Of a stretch of 64,000 nucleotides of DNA, positions 52,752-62,543 are shown one piece after another (the stretch's first letter is position 1; the number at the start of each line of letters is the position of its first letter). Below the pieces are notes generated by a model. That model was not told the DNA's origin, made no database searches, and saw only the letters and a program-made list of their open reading frames with translations. A program made the translations under genes and the position numbers. The stretch spans positions 1,760,001 through 1,824,000 of the forward strand of contig CAXXYH010000004.1 in assembly GCA_963677925.2 (NCBI GenBank). The letters are read 5' to 3'. The DNA comes from Spirochaetia bacterium. GTDB lineage: Bacteria; Spirochaetota; Spirochaetia; UBA9216.

Positions 52752-55700
52752 ATGAGATCCGGACTGAAATTTGCAGTCAGTTTATTAATAAGTGTTATCC
52801 TCTTTGCCGGTTTTATCGTGATCTCCTATTCAGGACTTTTCGACTATATTGAAACCACATTCTATCATTCCAGAGTGAAGGATTTTAAGCAGCAGGAATC
52901 TGAAGTATTAAAAAACAACATTGAAAGATATCATACTCTAAAGCTTGAATCCTTTTCTGTAATTAATGAGAATAATTCTATTGCAAGAAATTATCTTCCA
53001 AATATCAGTGAGGAAGATATTTTTTCAACATCTAATCTCGTATCTGTATTAAAAAAAGAAAATCCCGGTTTGCTCTTCATGCGTCTTATTGATCAAAATA
53101 GAAATATTCATTACAGCTCGCTTTCTCAGGACCTTAAAGAAGATAGTAGATATAAGAAAATATATAATAATTTTGATGAAGAGAGTGAGGGGATTTTATT
53201 AACTGAGATATTCGATAGGGTAAGTGATGGTCCCTTTGTTAGGTCAAACCCAGACAAGGCTTTGTTTGAATACTTTTTCCCGGTATATGATAATATAAGT
53301 ACTTTAAAAGGTGCTGCTGCATTTTATGTAGCAGAAAAAGATTTATACCAGTATTTGATAAAAGTAAATGCGGTTGAACTGGGTAGAGATTTTAACGTCT
53401 TAACGAATGGATATCTATCAGGGCTAAATATTACTGGGAAAAATGAAATTAAGGCTGAAATTGAAGATAAATTTCAACACGAAACTGATGATTTTGTAAT
53501 TATTCCGGTTACAGATGTAAACACAGAACTATTCATTTTCAGCACGCGATTGGAAAATGGATGGTATAGTGGTCTTGCTGTTGATTCAGTTGATTTTATT
53601 CTGACAAGAAATCTAAAGTTTTTACTAGTTGCTGCATTTGGCATAACCATTTTTTTAATAGTATTTCTAATTTTTAATATAAATCAGGATTCGGACATTG
53701 TTATTAATGACAGAATAAAAAAACTTCAAATGAGTTTTCTGCAGCAGTTCGTCGATCGGAAAGAGGAAATAGACTGGGCCGGTGTCCAAAATAATATTAT
53801 TGAAAAAAAAGAAATAATAAACAAACAAATAAAAAAGGGACTGGGTAGAAAAGCTTCTAAAAAAGATGCAGATGAAATAATAGAGAAAAATTGGGAAGAA
53901 ATTATCAGTTTAATTTCTGAAAAAAGTATTCAGCAGCCGGTTGCCCGTCCGCAATTGGAAAATATTGAAGAGATAATCAAGGAAGCGCTATCGAAAAGTA
54001 ATATTGTGATATCAGGCGACAATGTTAAATTGTCTTCTGCTGCATCAGCAAATACTGCAGATAGAGCGATATTGCCAACTCCCGCTTCAGATAATTCAAA
54101 ATCTGTAAAACAAATTGAAGAAGTTGAAGAGCTTGATTTTGGTGAAGAATTCCCGTCATTAGATGATGCTGAATCGGAAGATAAGTCTCAACCTGTCGAA
54201 ATTGAAGAAATACAGGATGCTGAAGAGATAGAAGATGCAGAGCCTGTTTTTGATGCTGAATCCGAAGAGTCAGCTGAAACAGTCGATGTTGAAGATGCCG
54301 AAGAACTAGATGATCTCGAAGAGCTGGAAGAACTCGAAGAGCTTGATGAAACCGATGAAGCATTGACTGATGAAACTGTAGAGGCTCAGCAGGAATCTCA
54401 ATCAGTTGAAGAAGCAGAAGATGCAGAGCCTGATTTTGATGCTGAATTCGAAGAATCAGCTGAAACAGTCGATGTTGAAGATGCCGAAGAACTAGATGAT
54501 CTCGAAGAGCTGGAAGAACTCGAAGAGCTGGAAGAACTCGAAGAGCTTGATGAAACCGATGAAGCATTGACAGATGAAGCTTTAGAGGCTCAGCAGGAAT
54601 CTCAATCAGTTGAAGAAGCAGAAGATGCAGAGCCTGTTTTTGATGCTGAACCCGAAGAGTCAGCTGAAACAGTCGATGTTGAAGATTCCGAGGAACTAGA
54701 TGATCTCGAAGAGCTGGAAGAACTCGAAGAGCTTGATGAAACCGATGAAGCATTGACAGATGAAGCTTTAGAGGCTCAGCAGGAATCTCAATCAGTTGAA
54801 GAAGCAGAAGATGCAGAGCCGGTTTTTGATGCTGAACCCGAAGAATCAGCTGAAACAGTCAATATTGAAGACGCCGAAGAGCTTGGTGATCTCGAAGAGC
54901 TGGAAGAACTCGAAGAGCTTGATGAAACCGATGAAGCATTGACAGATGAAGCTTTAGAGGCTCAGCAGGAATCTCAATCAGTTGTAGAAGCAGAACATGC
55001 AGAGCCGGTTTTTGATGCTGAACCCGAAGAATCAGCTGAAACAGTCGATATTGAAGACGCCGAAGAGCTTGGTGATATTCAGCCGGAAATCTTAATAACC
55101 GGCCCGGAACAGGTTTTGGTTTTTAATAATAGAGATAGTATTTTTGTTGAAGAACTTGATAATAGAACAGAATTAGAGATTGATAATGGTTCGGAATCTA
55201 TAGGTGATAGCCTTCAGGAAAAACTTCAGGTGCTTTATCCTGATATGAATTTATTAAAAACTGAACCGCTTGATTTGGAAATTCTTTTTCAGGAAGAGAA
55301 TATTGAAGGTGATATCGGTGTTTTCGATGATGAAGAATTAGAAGCTGAGAATGATTATGATGATCTTTCGGAAGAGCTTGCAGATGATCTTGAACCTGAG
55401 GAACTTGAGGAAATATCTGAATTAAATGATTTGGAAGTGCTTGAAGAGGAATTTTCTGAACTCGAAACGACCGAAATACGAAATGTGCCGGAAGAAGTTT
55501 CATATTCTGATGATGCACAATTAGAAGAACTTGAAGAATTGGATGCACTTGAAGAAATCGTGGACACGGATTCTGTGGATTATGTGCATGAAGAGTATGT
55601 TTCTGAAGAACTGGAATCCCTGGATGTAGAGGATGTTACCGAAGAAGAGCTGGAAGTGGAACTTGCTGAGGTAGAGGAACAACTTGAAGATCTTCCTGCT

Positions 55701-56720
55701 TTTGAGAATACGGATGAGGAAGTCTCAAATATAATTGAAATTGAGCATACTGTTTCTGGAAGCAGGACGGACAATTTCTATACTGCTTATAATTATAATA
55801 TTGATTTCCGTTCCCTTAAGGGGGAAAGTTCCAGAGTAATAGTCGATAAGGTTCCCGGGCATATGCAACCGGCAGCTTCAATTGCAGCAAAAGAATCAGA
55901 GGTAGTCCCTGTCCGGGAAGAAGTTTCAATTTCTCCTGCTGAACGTGATTTCCTAAAAGATTTGGAATCTGTTATAAAGAAAAATCTCATAGAAGTGGAG
56001 TCTGCGGAGTCTGTTTATTTTAAATCAGGCAGTCCTTCTGATAATAGTATTCAGGAAGAAGACGGTGTTTTCAGGATAAATGAAAGAACTATAGCCAATT
56101 CGGTAGCTAAAGATAACGCATTTAAAGAATTGGTTGATTCCATCATCGGCGGTGAGGAAGCTGTGGAAGAAGAATCTTTATCGATATTTAAAGATAGGGA
56201 AGTGGACCTGTTTGATCTCGGAGTCCCTGCTGAAGAGACGGAAAAAGAAATAGATCAACCTTCCGATTCGCAGCTTTTTAACCCTGAAGGTTTTGATTAC
56301 GATTTTTATCTAAGTAATTTCAGTGCTAATATAACGGGAATATCCAAATCACTATTAAGAATAACTCAGAAAATGGATGCTTTATGTGCAGCAGTTTTTA
56401 CATCCCAGGGTAATAAAATAAAAGTTGAATATTCTGTAGGTATGGATGCAAAGAGCAGAACTCTGATGTTTTTCAAGGACACAGAGCCGTTTTATCTGCA
56501 GATCATTAAAAGGAAGCAGTACGTATTTATTAAAAAGAACACAACCGGAATAGAAGCAATAGATTCCAGGATTAAGAAAGAAGACAGAGTGCATTTTAGC
56601 GGATATCTGTATATACCTGTAAAATTCAGAGAAACTGAAGCATACCTTTTTGTGGGATTAAAAAAGGATAAGGGCAGTATGGAGGAGTATATAAAAATAT
56701 TAAAAGAACAACTTGCTTGA
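52752..56720 (+). CDS. Large two-TM membrane protein with extracytoplasmic domain and very acidic cytoplasmic tandem-repeat region
   Basis: TM at ~aa 7-27 and ~288-308; E/D-rich region from ~aa 450-1000; globular C-terminal domain; SD GGAG. Confidence 0.8.
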   Translation: MRSGLKFAVSLLISVILFAGFIVISYSGLFDYIETTFYHSRVKDFKQQESEVLKNNIERYHTLKLESFSVINENNSIARNYLPNISEEDIFSTSNLVSVLKKENPGLLFMRLIDQNRNIHYSSLSQDLKEDSRYKKIYNNFDEESEGILLTEIFDRVSDGPFVRSNPDKALFEYFFPVYDNISTLKGAAAFYVAEKDLYQYLIKVNAVELGRDFNVLTNGYLSGLNITGKNEIKAEIEDKFQHETDDFVIIPVTDVNTELFIFSTRLENGWYSGLAVDSVDFILTRNLKFLLVAAFGITIFLIVFLIFNINQDSDIVINDRIKKLQMSFLQQFVDRKEEIDWAGVQNNIIEKKEIINKQIKKGLGRKASKKDADEIIEKNWEEIISLISEKSIQQPVARPQLENIEEIIKEALSKSNIVISGDNVKLSSAASANTADRAILPTPASDNSKSVKQIEEVEELDFGEEFPSLDDAESEDKSQPVEIEEIQDAEEIEDAEPVFDAESEESAETVDVEDAEELDDLEELEELEELDETDEALTDETVEAQQESQSVEEAEDAEPDFDAEFEESAETVDVEDAEELDDLEELEELEELEELEELDETDEALTDEALEAQQESQSVEEAEDAEPVFDAEPEESAETVDVEDSEELDDLEELEELEELDETDEALTDEALEAQQESQSVEEAEDAEPVFDAEPEESAETVNIEDAEELGDLEELEELEELDETDEALTDEALEAQQESQSVVEAEHAEPVFDAEPEESAETVDIEDAEELGDIQPEILITGPEQVLVFNNRDSIFVEELDNRTELEIDNGSESIGDSLQEKLQVLYPDMNLLKTEPLDLEILFQEENIEGDIGVFDDEELEAENDYDDLSEELADDLEPEELEEISELNDLEVLEEEFSELETTEIRNVPEEVSYSDDAQLEELEELDALEEIVDTDSVDYVHEEYVSEELESLDVEDVTEEELEVELAEVEEQLEDLPAFENTDEEVSNIIEIEHTVSGSRTDNFYTAYNYNIDFRSLKGESSRVIVDKVPGHMQPAASIAAKESEVVPVREEVSISPAERDFLKDLESVIKKNLIEVESAESVYFKSGSPSDNSIQEEDGVFRINERTIANSVAKDNAFKELVDSIIGGEEAVEEESLSIFKDREVDLFDLGVPAEETEKEIDQPSDSQLFNPEGFDYDFYLSNFSANITGISKSLLRITQKMDALCAAVFTSQGNKIKVEYSVGMDAKSRTLMFFKDTEPFYLQIIKRKQYVFIKKNTTGIEAIDSRIKKEDRVHFSGYLYIPVKFRETEAYLFVGLKKDKGSMEEYIKILKEQLA
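54231..55076 (+). repeat. Coding tandem repeat: 186-bp (62-aa) unit, 4 full copies + 1 partial, with nested 9/18-bp (LEE) repeat
   Basis: Units start at 54231, 54417, 54621, 54807 and 54993 (spacings 186, 204, 186, 186); copy 2 has an extra 18-bp unit. Confidence 0.92.
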
Positions 56721-56745
56721 CCAATGGAAATTCTTCAAATATAAT
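56717..56745 (+). promoter_or_regulatory. sigma70 promoter of the rny operon
   Basis: TTGACC-N17-TATAAT. Confidence 0.75.
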
Positions 56746-56783
56746 TGGTTCAGGTAAGTTTCACTTTAAAATGGAGGAAGATT

Positions 56784-58313
56784 ATGCTTGATATTAAGTT
56801 GATAATCCTTCCTCTCGTTGGAACAGTTCTAGGTTGGACGATTAGATGGCTTTATGCCAGATTTCAGCTGTCCTCCTCAGAGCAGAAGGCTGCGCGGTTA
56901 AACCAGGATGCTTTGAAAGAAGCGGAAGCAAAAAAGCGCGAGCTGCTGCTTGAGACTAAGGATCAGCTTCTTAAAGAAAGAGCTCAGCAGGAAAAAGAGC
57001 TCAGAGAAAGAAGAAATGAAATACAAAGACTTGAGAGAAGGTCGTTACAGAAAGAAGAAAATCTAGACAAAAAATCCGCGTCCCTGGAAAATCAGGAACG
57101 TGCGATTAGTGTACGAGAGGATAAGTTAAAAGAAAAAGAAAGAGTTTTATCAGAAGAAGAAATACGATGGAAGGCTGAACTTGAGAAAATAGCCGGAATC
57201 TCTACCGAGGAAGCCAAGGATTTAATTATAAAATCCATGGAAGATGAAGCACGCAAAGATGCTGTAGTTCTAATCAATAAGGTTGAACAGGAAGCACAGA
57301 AAAATGCAGAGAAAAAGGCCAGAGATATTGTTGTCAGTACTATTCAGCGTATTGCTACTGAAGTCAGCTCTGATGTAACTATTACATCTGTAAGTCTGCC
57401 GAATGATGAGATGAAAGGCCGAATTATTGGTCGTGAAGGTCGGAATATCAGATCACTTGAAACTCTTACCGGCGTAGATATCATTATTGATGATACACCC
57501 GAGGCTGTAGTTATATCATGTTTTGATCCGGTAAGAAAGGAGATAGCCAGAACAGCACTTGAGAGACTCATCTCTGATGGGCGAATCCACCCAGCCAGAA
57601 TAGAAGAAGTTGTTCACAAGGTTACAAAAGAGATTAACCAGACCATTATTGAAGAAGGTGAGAAGGTTGTTTTTGATTTAGGTCTTCACAATATTCACCA
57701 GGAAGGGATCCGGGCTCTAGGAAGATTGAAATACAGAACAAGTTATACACAGAATGTTCTTGATCATTCCAAAGAGGTTGCAGTTATAGCCGGGATGATT
57801 GCTTCAGAAGTCGGAGCGGATGTAGAAATCGCTAAAAGAGGTGCACTTCTCCATGATATTGGAAAGGGGATTGAGAGTGAAGGTGATGAAAATCATGCAG
57901 AACTCGGTGCAAGTCTTGCCAAGAAAATGGGTGAAGATCCGCGCGTAATAAATGCAATTATATCTCATCATAACGATGTTGAACCGACTACTATTGAGGC
58001 TATTATTGTTCAGGTAGCAGATGCGATTTCGGCATCAAGACCTGGAGCAAGAAGAGAAACTCTTAATAATTATATTAAGAGACTTGAAAACCTTGAGAAT
58101 ATTGCTGAGGGATTCGGCGGTGTAACTAAAGCTTTTGCCATTCAGGCAGGAAGAGAACTAAGAATCATGGTTAACAATGAATCTGTGACTGATGATGATT
58201 CTAAACTATTGGCAAAGGATATTGCCAAAAAGATTGAAGATGAATTGCGTTATCCGGGCAGAATTAAGGTAACTATTATCAGGGAGACAAGAGTTACTGA
58301 ATATGCCAGATAG
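56784..58313 (+). CDS. rny: Ribonuclease Y
   Basis: N-terminal TM, coiled coil, KH (GRIIGREGRNI), HD (LLHDIGK); ATG after GGAGG. Confidence 0.97.
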   Translation: MLDIKLIILPLVGTVLGWTIRWLYARFQLSSSEQKAARLNQDALKEAEAKKRELLLETKDQLLKERAQQEKELRERRNEIQRLERRSLQKEENLDKKSASLENQERAISVREDKLKEKERVLSEEEIRWKAELEKIAGISTEEAKDLIIKSMEDEARKDAVVLINKVEQEAQKNAEKKARDIVVSTIQRIATEVSSDVTITSVSLPNDEMKGRIIGREGRNIRSLETLTGVDIIIDDTPEAVVISCFDPVRKEIARTALERLISDGRIHPARIEEVVHKVTKEINQTIIEEGEKVVFDLGLHNIHQEGIRALGRLKYRTSYTQNVLDHSKEVAVIAGMIASEVGADVEIAKRGALLHDIGKGIESEGDENHAELGASLAKKMGEDPRVINAIISHHNDVEPTTIEAIIVQVADAISASRPGARRETLNNYIKRLENLENIAEGFGGVTKAFAIQAGRELRIMVNNESVTDDDSKLLAKDIAKKIEDELRYPGRIKVTIIRETRVTEYAR

Positions 58314-58334
58314 GCAACCAGGGAATTTTAATTA

Positions 58335-59126
58335 ATGTCTGATACAGTAAATGCTCTGCTGCTTGGTGATGTCATAGGACAACCGGGCTGCAGAGCAGTT
58401 TTTATAGGTCTTAAAACTCTAATTGGAAAAACCAGAGCTGATGTTGTCATAGCGAACGGTGAGAATGCGGCCGATGGATTTGGTATTACTCCTGAAAATA
58501 CAGAAATGCTCTTTTCTGCCGGAGTTGATGTGATCACGACTGGTAATCATGTGTGGCAGAAAAAAGAAATCCTTCCTCTTCTTGACAGGAGGGATGAACT
58601 TTTAAGGCCTGCAAACTACCCTTCAGGGACACCAGGGCATGGTTCATGTGTTATTTCAAAAAAGGGTGTAAAAATCGGTGTGATTAACCTTCAGGGCCGG
58701 GTGGATATGGGGAATCTTGATTGTCCGTTCCGAACAGCGAAGGAGCTCGTAAGAAAAGTCTCTCAGGAGACAAAGATTATTATTGTAGATTTTCATGCTG
58801 AAAATGTTGAAGAGAAAGAGGCCTTAGGGCTGTATCTTGATGGTTCTGTTAGCTCTGTAACCGGGACTCATACACATATTCAGACTGCTGATGAACGAAT
58901 ACTGGTCGGCGGTACAGCCTATATGTCTGATATAGGTATGACAGGTCCGGGACACAGCGTTATAGGTTCAAATATTGAAACAGCTGTTAAAAGACAGCTT
59001 ACTCAAATGCCTTTCAAAATGGAAATAGAGGATGTTCCTGCAGCAATAAATGGAGTGCTCATTACGATCGACAGCAGTACCGGAAAGGCCACAGCTGTAC
59101 GGCGGATCAATGAAAAATCCTTCTAA
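58335..59126 (+). CDS. ymdB: YmdB-family (TIGR00282) metallophosphoesterase
   Basis: GDVIG, NGEN, GNH, DFHAE, GTHTH; follows rny. Confidence 0.92.
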   Translation: MSDTVNALLLGDVIGQPGCRAVFIGLKTLIGKTRADVVIANGENAADGFGITPENTEMLFSAGVDVITTGNHVWQKKEILPLLDRRDELLRPANYPSGTPGHGSCVISKKGVKIGVINLQGRVDMGNLDCPFRTAKELVRKVSQETKIIIVDFHAENVEEKEALGLYLDGSVSSVTGTHTHIQTADERILVGGTAYMSDIGMTGPGHSVIGSNIETAVKRQLTQMPFKMEIEDVPAAINGVLITIDSSTGKATAVRRINEKSF

Positions 59127-59895
59127 ACCGCTTATATCTATTCTTCAGTTAAAATATCCTGAAATCTCTGAAAAGGAGTTGTATTCAATGGTTCTGTGCG
59201 GAGAAGTCTCTGTTAACGGTGAAACTGTCAGAGAACACAGGAGATTGATACGTTCCGATTCTGAAATTAAACTTAAAATGAAGAAATGGGTGTCCAGGGC
59301 TGGTGAAAAGCTGGATTTTGCCTTAACGAAATGGGGTATTGCTGTGGGGGAAAAGACTGTTCTGGATGCAGGCTCTTCAACCGGCGGATTTACTGATTGT
59401 CTGCTTCAGCATGGGGCTTCGCTTGTTTATGCTGTTGATGTTGGTTACAATCAGCTTGCATACACCCTTAGACAGGATAAACGGGTCGTGGTTATGGAAA
59501 AAACCAATATCATGTCTGTTGAAAATCTTTCGCCCGCTGCAGATTTTGCTGTTGCAGATTTATCTTTCAGATCTATTTCCGGCGCAGCAGGGCATATTCT
59601 TTCAAATACTCGTGAAGATTTACTCATTGCACTTATTAAACCGCAATTTGAATATAAAGGTAGTATTGATTTCAACGGTATAATTACAGACAGAAAAGTC
59701 CTGAAAGAAATAATCATTGAAACCGCCGAAGTTTTGACAGCAGAGAAAGTTTATATTTCAGAAATGCTTGAATCCCCAGTCAGGGGGACTAAAGGAAATA
59801 CAGAATTTCTATTCCGGCTGGGTAAAAAAAAGCCGGAATCAAAATCAGCTTATGACTCCGGTCTTTTTCATATGATTGAAAAACTATTTAAATAA
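59110..59895 (+). CDS. tlyA: TlyA-family rRNA (cytidine-2'-O)-methyltransferase
   Basis: S4-like N-terminus, VSRAGEKL, DAGSSTGGFT, DVG, LIKPQFE, GNTEF. Confidence 0.92.
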   Translation: MKNPSKPLISILQLKYPEISEKELYSMVLCGEVSVNGETVREHRRLIRSDSEIKLKMKKWVSRAGEKLDFALTKWGIAVGEKTVLDAGSSTGGFTDCLLQHGASLVYAVDVGYNQLAYTLRQDKRVVVMEKTNIMSVENLSPAADFAVADLSFRSISGAAGHILSNTREDLLIALIKPQFEYKGSIDFNGIITDRKVLKEIIIETAEVLTAEKVYISEMLESPVRGTKGNTEFLFRLGKKKPESKSAYDSGLFHMIEKLFK

Positions 59896-59901
59896 TTCTA
59901 A

Positions 59902-60687
59902 TTATTCAAAATCATCTCTGTTCAGAGGAGCACCTATATATACCCCTTCAGGACCCATGTAGTCTGCTTTCTTTCCTTCAATCAGAAACTGTACAGAATC
60001 AACATTTGAAAATTCAGTAGTTGTGAAAACTATCTGTTTCAGCTGTGCATTATAGCCTTCAACTCCAAAAGCATTGAAGCGGAAACTCTCAGAAAAATTA
60101 AGGAATGCAGTTCCATTACTAATGCTGATAGAAAGCAGCTGTGTCTGTTCAGGGATAAGGGATATAAGGCCCATATTGAGCTCTGAAGTGGATAAGCCCT
60201 GAAGAAGTGTTTTGATAGTTTCGGTAAGGGGCGAATCTATGTAATATACGGGCCTGACAATTTTTTTCATCTGAATACCGCCGTCATCGGCTATTTCAAT
60301 AAAATACAGATTAGAACGTCTAATTTTCTTTGGTATTTCAGGAGCCTGTGTTTGCGGTGCTGTGATTTCAGGAATTGTTTCAGGTTCACTGATTTCAATT
60401 TCTACGGTCTTTTCCGGTAAATTTTCAGGCTTAGTGTCTGAGATTTCAGTTTCAGGAACGGTCTTAACCACTTCCGGGGTGGGGGTGGTTGATTCAGATT
60501 CCTGCGTTTTATTTATTGTGACTTCCGGTTCACCTTTTTCCTGCTTGATGAAGTCAATGAAGTCAGTATCTTCAAGAACATTTTGGATTGTTGCCCTGTT
60601 GAAAAGGAAAATGACCAGAATGAGAAGAATTAAAGCTATCCAGAAAAGACAGCCGATTGATGATTTATTTTTATTAGTTCGAGCCAT
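59902..60687 (-). CDS. Membrane-anchored GerMN-domain protein
   Basis: N-terminal TM, P/T/E-rich linker, LKQIVFTTTEFSNVDSVQFLIEG (GerMN signature). Confidence 0.85.
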   Translation of the reverse strand: MARTNKNKSSIGCLFWIALILLILVIFLFNRATIQNVLEDTDFIDFIKQEKGEPEVTINKTQESESTTPTPEVVKTVPETEISDTKPENLPEKTVEIEISEPETIPEITAPQTQAPEIPKKIRRSNLYFIEIADDGGIQMKKIVRPVYYIDSPLTETIKTLLQGLSTSELNMGLISLIPEQTQLLSISISNGTAFLNFSESFRFNAFGVEGYNAQLKQIVFTTTEFSNVDSVQFLIEGKKADYMGPEGVYIGAPLNRDDFE

Positions 60688-60797
60688 ACTATGCTGATTA
60701 TCGGCATGTGATTGGGCTTTATAAGTGAATTCACTTTATGATTAATTTAAGTATGTTGTTTGACGGGGCGATCAAAATGATTTATATTTATTTTATA

Positions 60798-62543
60798 ATG
60801 AAAATTTTGAAGGGTATTCCCGCATCACAAGGAATTGTAATCGGAAGAGTTTTTTTCTACCTTGATGAAAACTTAAGGGTTCCTGAATATACCATCAGCA
60901 AAAAAGATATTGCAACTGAAGAAAAACGCTATTTGGATGCTGTTGCTAGAACTAAGTCAGATCTTCTTCAATTAAAAAGTGAAGTCGATTCCGGCACCGC
61001 CACCAGTGAAATCCAGTTTATAGATGCACATATCCTGATGTTAGAGGATCCAGAGCTAACCGGACAGATAAAGAAAAAAATTAATGATAAGCTCCACAAT
61101 GCTGAATGGGCATTGTATGAAACATTTAAGGATTATATAGAAATTTTAAAAAGTTCTTCGGATGAATACCTCAGAGAGCGTACTTTTGATATTCGGGATG
61201 TAGCAAAGAGAATTCTCGACAATCTGCTCTATAAGGAAAGAATTAATCTTAAAAATCTTAATGAAGAAGTAATTGTTGTCGCTCATGAACTCCTTCCTTC
61301 AGACACTCTTTCCATGAATAAAAGAATGGTTAGGGGTATTGCTACTGATACAGGCGGTAAAACATCGCATACTGCTATTCTGTCAAGAGCCTTTGAAATT
61401 CCTGCAGTTCTTGGTCTTTCAAATATTACAGCTGAAGTCAGAAACGGAGAGCAGATTATACTGGACGGAACCACCGGTGATGTTATTGTCAGACCTGATG
61501 ATGACATGCTGAAGCTTTACAGAATGAAACTTCAGCAATGGCAGCGCAAGGAAGTTGAACTGCTCAACCTAAACCGGCTTCCAGCTGAAACTAAGGATGG
61601 AAAACGGATAATGCTGACTGCCAACATCGAAATACCTGAGGAAACTGAGTCTGTAAAGGCTCACGGTGCAGATGGTATCGGCCTGTACCGTTCAGAGTTT
61701 TTCTTTATGCAGCCGGGAATTATACCATCCGAGGATGAACAGTATCAGGCTTATAAACGTGTCCTGACTTCCATGGGAAATTTACCGGTAACTATCCGTA
61801 CAATCGATCTTGGCGGAGATAAGCTTCTTCCTGGAATTTCTACCTCGGATGAGGCCAATCCAATTCTCGGCTGGAGATCTATACGATTCTGTATGTCCAG
61901 AAAGGATATATTCCGGACTCAGCTGAGGGCTCTTCTGCGTGCTTCTGTACATGGGAATCTAAGGATAATGTTTCCGATGATTTCAGGTGCTGAAGAGCTT
62001 GACCGGGTGCTTGAATTTTTTTCCGAAGTTCAGGCCGAATGCTCAGCAGATAAAATTAAATACAATAAAGATATTCAGCTTGGTATAATGATAGAAGTCC
62101 CGTCAGCCGCGCTTACTGCTGATATTCTTGCACGAAAAGTACAATTCTTCTCTATTGGAACAAATGACCTTCTGCAGTATACTATCGCAGTTGACAGGGG
62201 GAATGAAAAGATTGCGTATCTGTACGAACCGTTTCATCCCGGCGTGCTCAGACTGCTGAGGATGATTATTGAAGGTGCTCATTCACAGAGCATCCCTGTT
62301 GCAATGTGCGGAGAAATGGCAGGAGATCCCTATGCTGCTGTCATTCTTCTGGGGTTAGGTCTGGATGTTTTCAGTATGAGTTCATTCAGTATTCCCGAAA
62401 TTAAAAGCATAATCCGTACTGTATCAATGTCCCAGGCGGAAGAGCTTGTAGGAACCATTTTTGAAATGAAATCCTACAGGGAAATTGACAGATTTGTAAG
62501 AGGGTGGATGGATGACAGGTTTAAATTCCTTAAACAGCAATAA
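60798..62543 (+). CDS. ptsI: PTS enzyme I (phosphoenolpyruvate-protein phosphotransferase)
   Basis: GIPASQG, TSHTAI (phospho-His), GLYRSE, IGTNDL, MCGEMAG; likely start MKILKG. Confidence 0.95.
   Translation: MKILKGIPASQGIVIGRVFFYLDENLRVPEYTISKKDIATEEKRYLDAVARTKSDLLQLKSEVDSGTATSEIQFIDAHILMLEDPELTGQIKKKINDKLHNAEWALYETFKDYIEILKSSSDEYLRERTFDIRDVAKRILDNLLYKERINLKNLNEEVIVVAHELLPSDTLSMNKRMVRGIATDTGGKTSHTAILSRAFEIPAVLGLSNITAEVRNGEQIILDGTTGDVIVRPDDDMLKLYRMKLQQWQRKEVELLNLNRLPAETKDGKRIMLTANIEIPEETESVKAHGADGIGLYRSEFFFMQPGIIPSEDEQYQAYKRVLTSMGNLPVTIRTIDLGGDKLLPGISTSDEANPILGWRSIRFCMSRKDIFRTQLRALLRASVHGNLRIMFPMISGAEELDRVLEFFSEVQAECSADKIKYNKDIQLGIMIEVPSAALTADILARKVQFFSIGTNDLLQYTIAVDRGNEKIAYLYEPFHPGVLRLLRMIIEGAHSQSIPVAMCGEMAGDPYAAVILLGLGLDVFSMSSFSIPEIKSIIRTVSMSQAEELVGTIFEMKSYREIDRFVRGWMDDRFKFLKQQ

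Noticed and set aside
54025-54753. 242-aa antisense ORF with repeats
   Set aside because: Shadow of the GAA/GAT-rich repeat on the opposite strand; no SD or family signature.
54231-55076. Regular repeats as a possible CRISPR array
   Set aside because: In-frame coding tandem repeat without unique spacers; no cas genes in the window.
59110-59895. TlyA as a haemolysin/virulence factor
   Set aside because: Motifs support the widespread rRNA methyltransferase function in a housekeeping context.
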